Shown here: piece after piece, positions 63,211-64,000 of the stretch
Numbering within the stretch: the stretch's first letter is position 1
Layout: each line of letters starts with the position of its first letter
Assembly: GCF_018977255.1 (NCBI RefSeq)
Contig: NW_024704743.1
Span: 91,638,001 to 91,702,000 of the forward strand
Length of the DNA: 64,000 bases
Origin: Callorhinchus milii
Taxonomy: Eukaryota
Direction: 5' to 3'
The notes under the pieces: generated by a model
The model's database searches: none
Seen by the model: only the letters and a program-made list of their open reading frames with translations
Told to the model about the DNA's origin: nothing
Position numbers and translations under genes: made by a program

Positions 63211-64000
63211 ATATATTTTTTTAAAAAGTAGTATTCATTCCCTTCACGAAAGGGAACTATATAAATGCAAGTCACTATTGTTTTTGTTGTTGCATCCTCA
63301 CTGGTAATCATTGAGCTTTTACCAAGTGGAAGGAAAAAAATATTAAAATCACTGTGGTAGGGGGGTGAAAAACCTGGAGCCAAATTGCCAGGAAAAGACA
63401 TGTCAACAAATAGAGTTACTTGCGACTCTGCAAGTTTCCTGTTTTTTTGAGCTCCCAAGCAGTTTTGTGCAAAAAGTCATAATGCCTCACTAAACAAATT
63501 TTAAATTTATTAAAATAAGTTTTAATGTGTGTTATTTTTAAAGAATCTACTGATATATTTTTTAAAAGTCTGAAAAGTTTGGGAGCAGAGAGAAGGCAAA
63601 TGCATGAAAACTCCCCAGAGTATTACTGAGCCATACGTCTTAAGATAACAACAACAGCTTGCATTTATATAGTGCCCTTCATGCAGGGTAGCATCCCAGA
63701 GTACTTTAGTTTTCATTTCATTTCTGTTATTATCCTTACACCTTTAGATAATAATAATAATAATCCTTGCATTTGATTAAGTGCCTTATCACATCTTTGA
63801 GATGTCTCAAAATGTTTCATAGCATTTTGAGTACAGTAGATATTCACAGAGTACACATTTAGATAGGAGATACTGTTCCAAACAGCAGCCCTGCATGTAT
63901 TGATCCAGTCGCAGCATTAATGTGCTTGCAAATGTTCCAATTGTTCTATTCCTTTCATGAGCCAAAGGAATACTGTAATTGCATAATTAACTCTTAGGCA

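Noticed and set aside
1..64000. CRISPR arrays, operons or prokaryotic defence systems
   Set aside because: No regularly spaced repeat-spacer array or dense long ORFs; the sequence is vertebrate retroelement-rich DNA.

Overview
Vertebrate nuclear DNA, not prokaryotic. The repeat inventory (young L2 and CR1 LINEs, an abundant tRNA-derived SINE with an L2-type tail, Deu-domain SINEs, AmnSINE2-like SINEs, a Penelope-type palindrome) points to a cartilaginous fish, plausibly a chimaera such as Callorhinchus milii; this is an inference from repeat families recalled from memory. I recognise no host protein-coding gene. Every ORF with recognisable homology is a LINE ORF2 (reverse transcriptase) fragment or its antisense shadow, so the window reads as a large intron or intergenic region. 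It also holds a tRNA-Asp(GTC) pseudogene, a few low-confidence spliced-exon candidates and repeat-free islands that may be enhancers. Most interesting signals: (1) a long hairpin at 11.6-11.8 kb carrying a hammerhead ribozyme core; (2) a 3' stem-loop shared by L2 LINEs and several SINEs with compensatory base changes; (3) a modular SINE in two length variants; (4) nested retroelement insertions, one with a clear target-site duplication; (5) an unnamed three-copy repeat ending in an L2-type tail. I found no convincing wholly new biological system. Boundaries of old repeats are approximate, read by eye.
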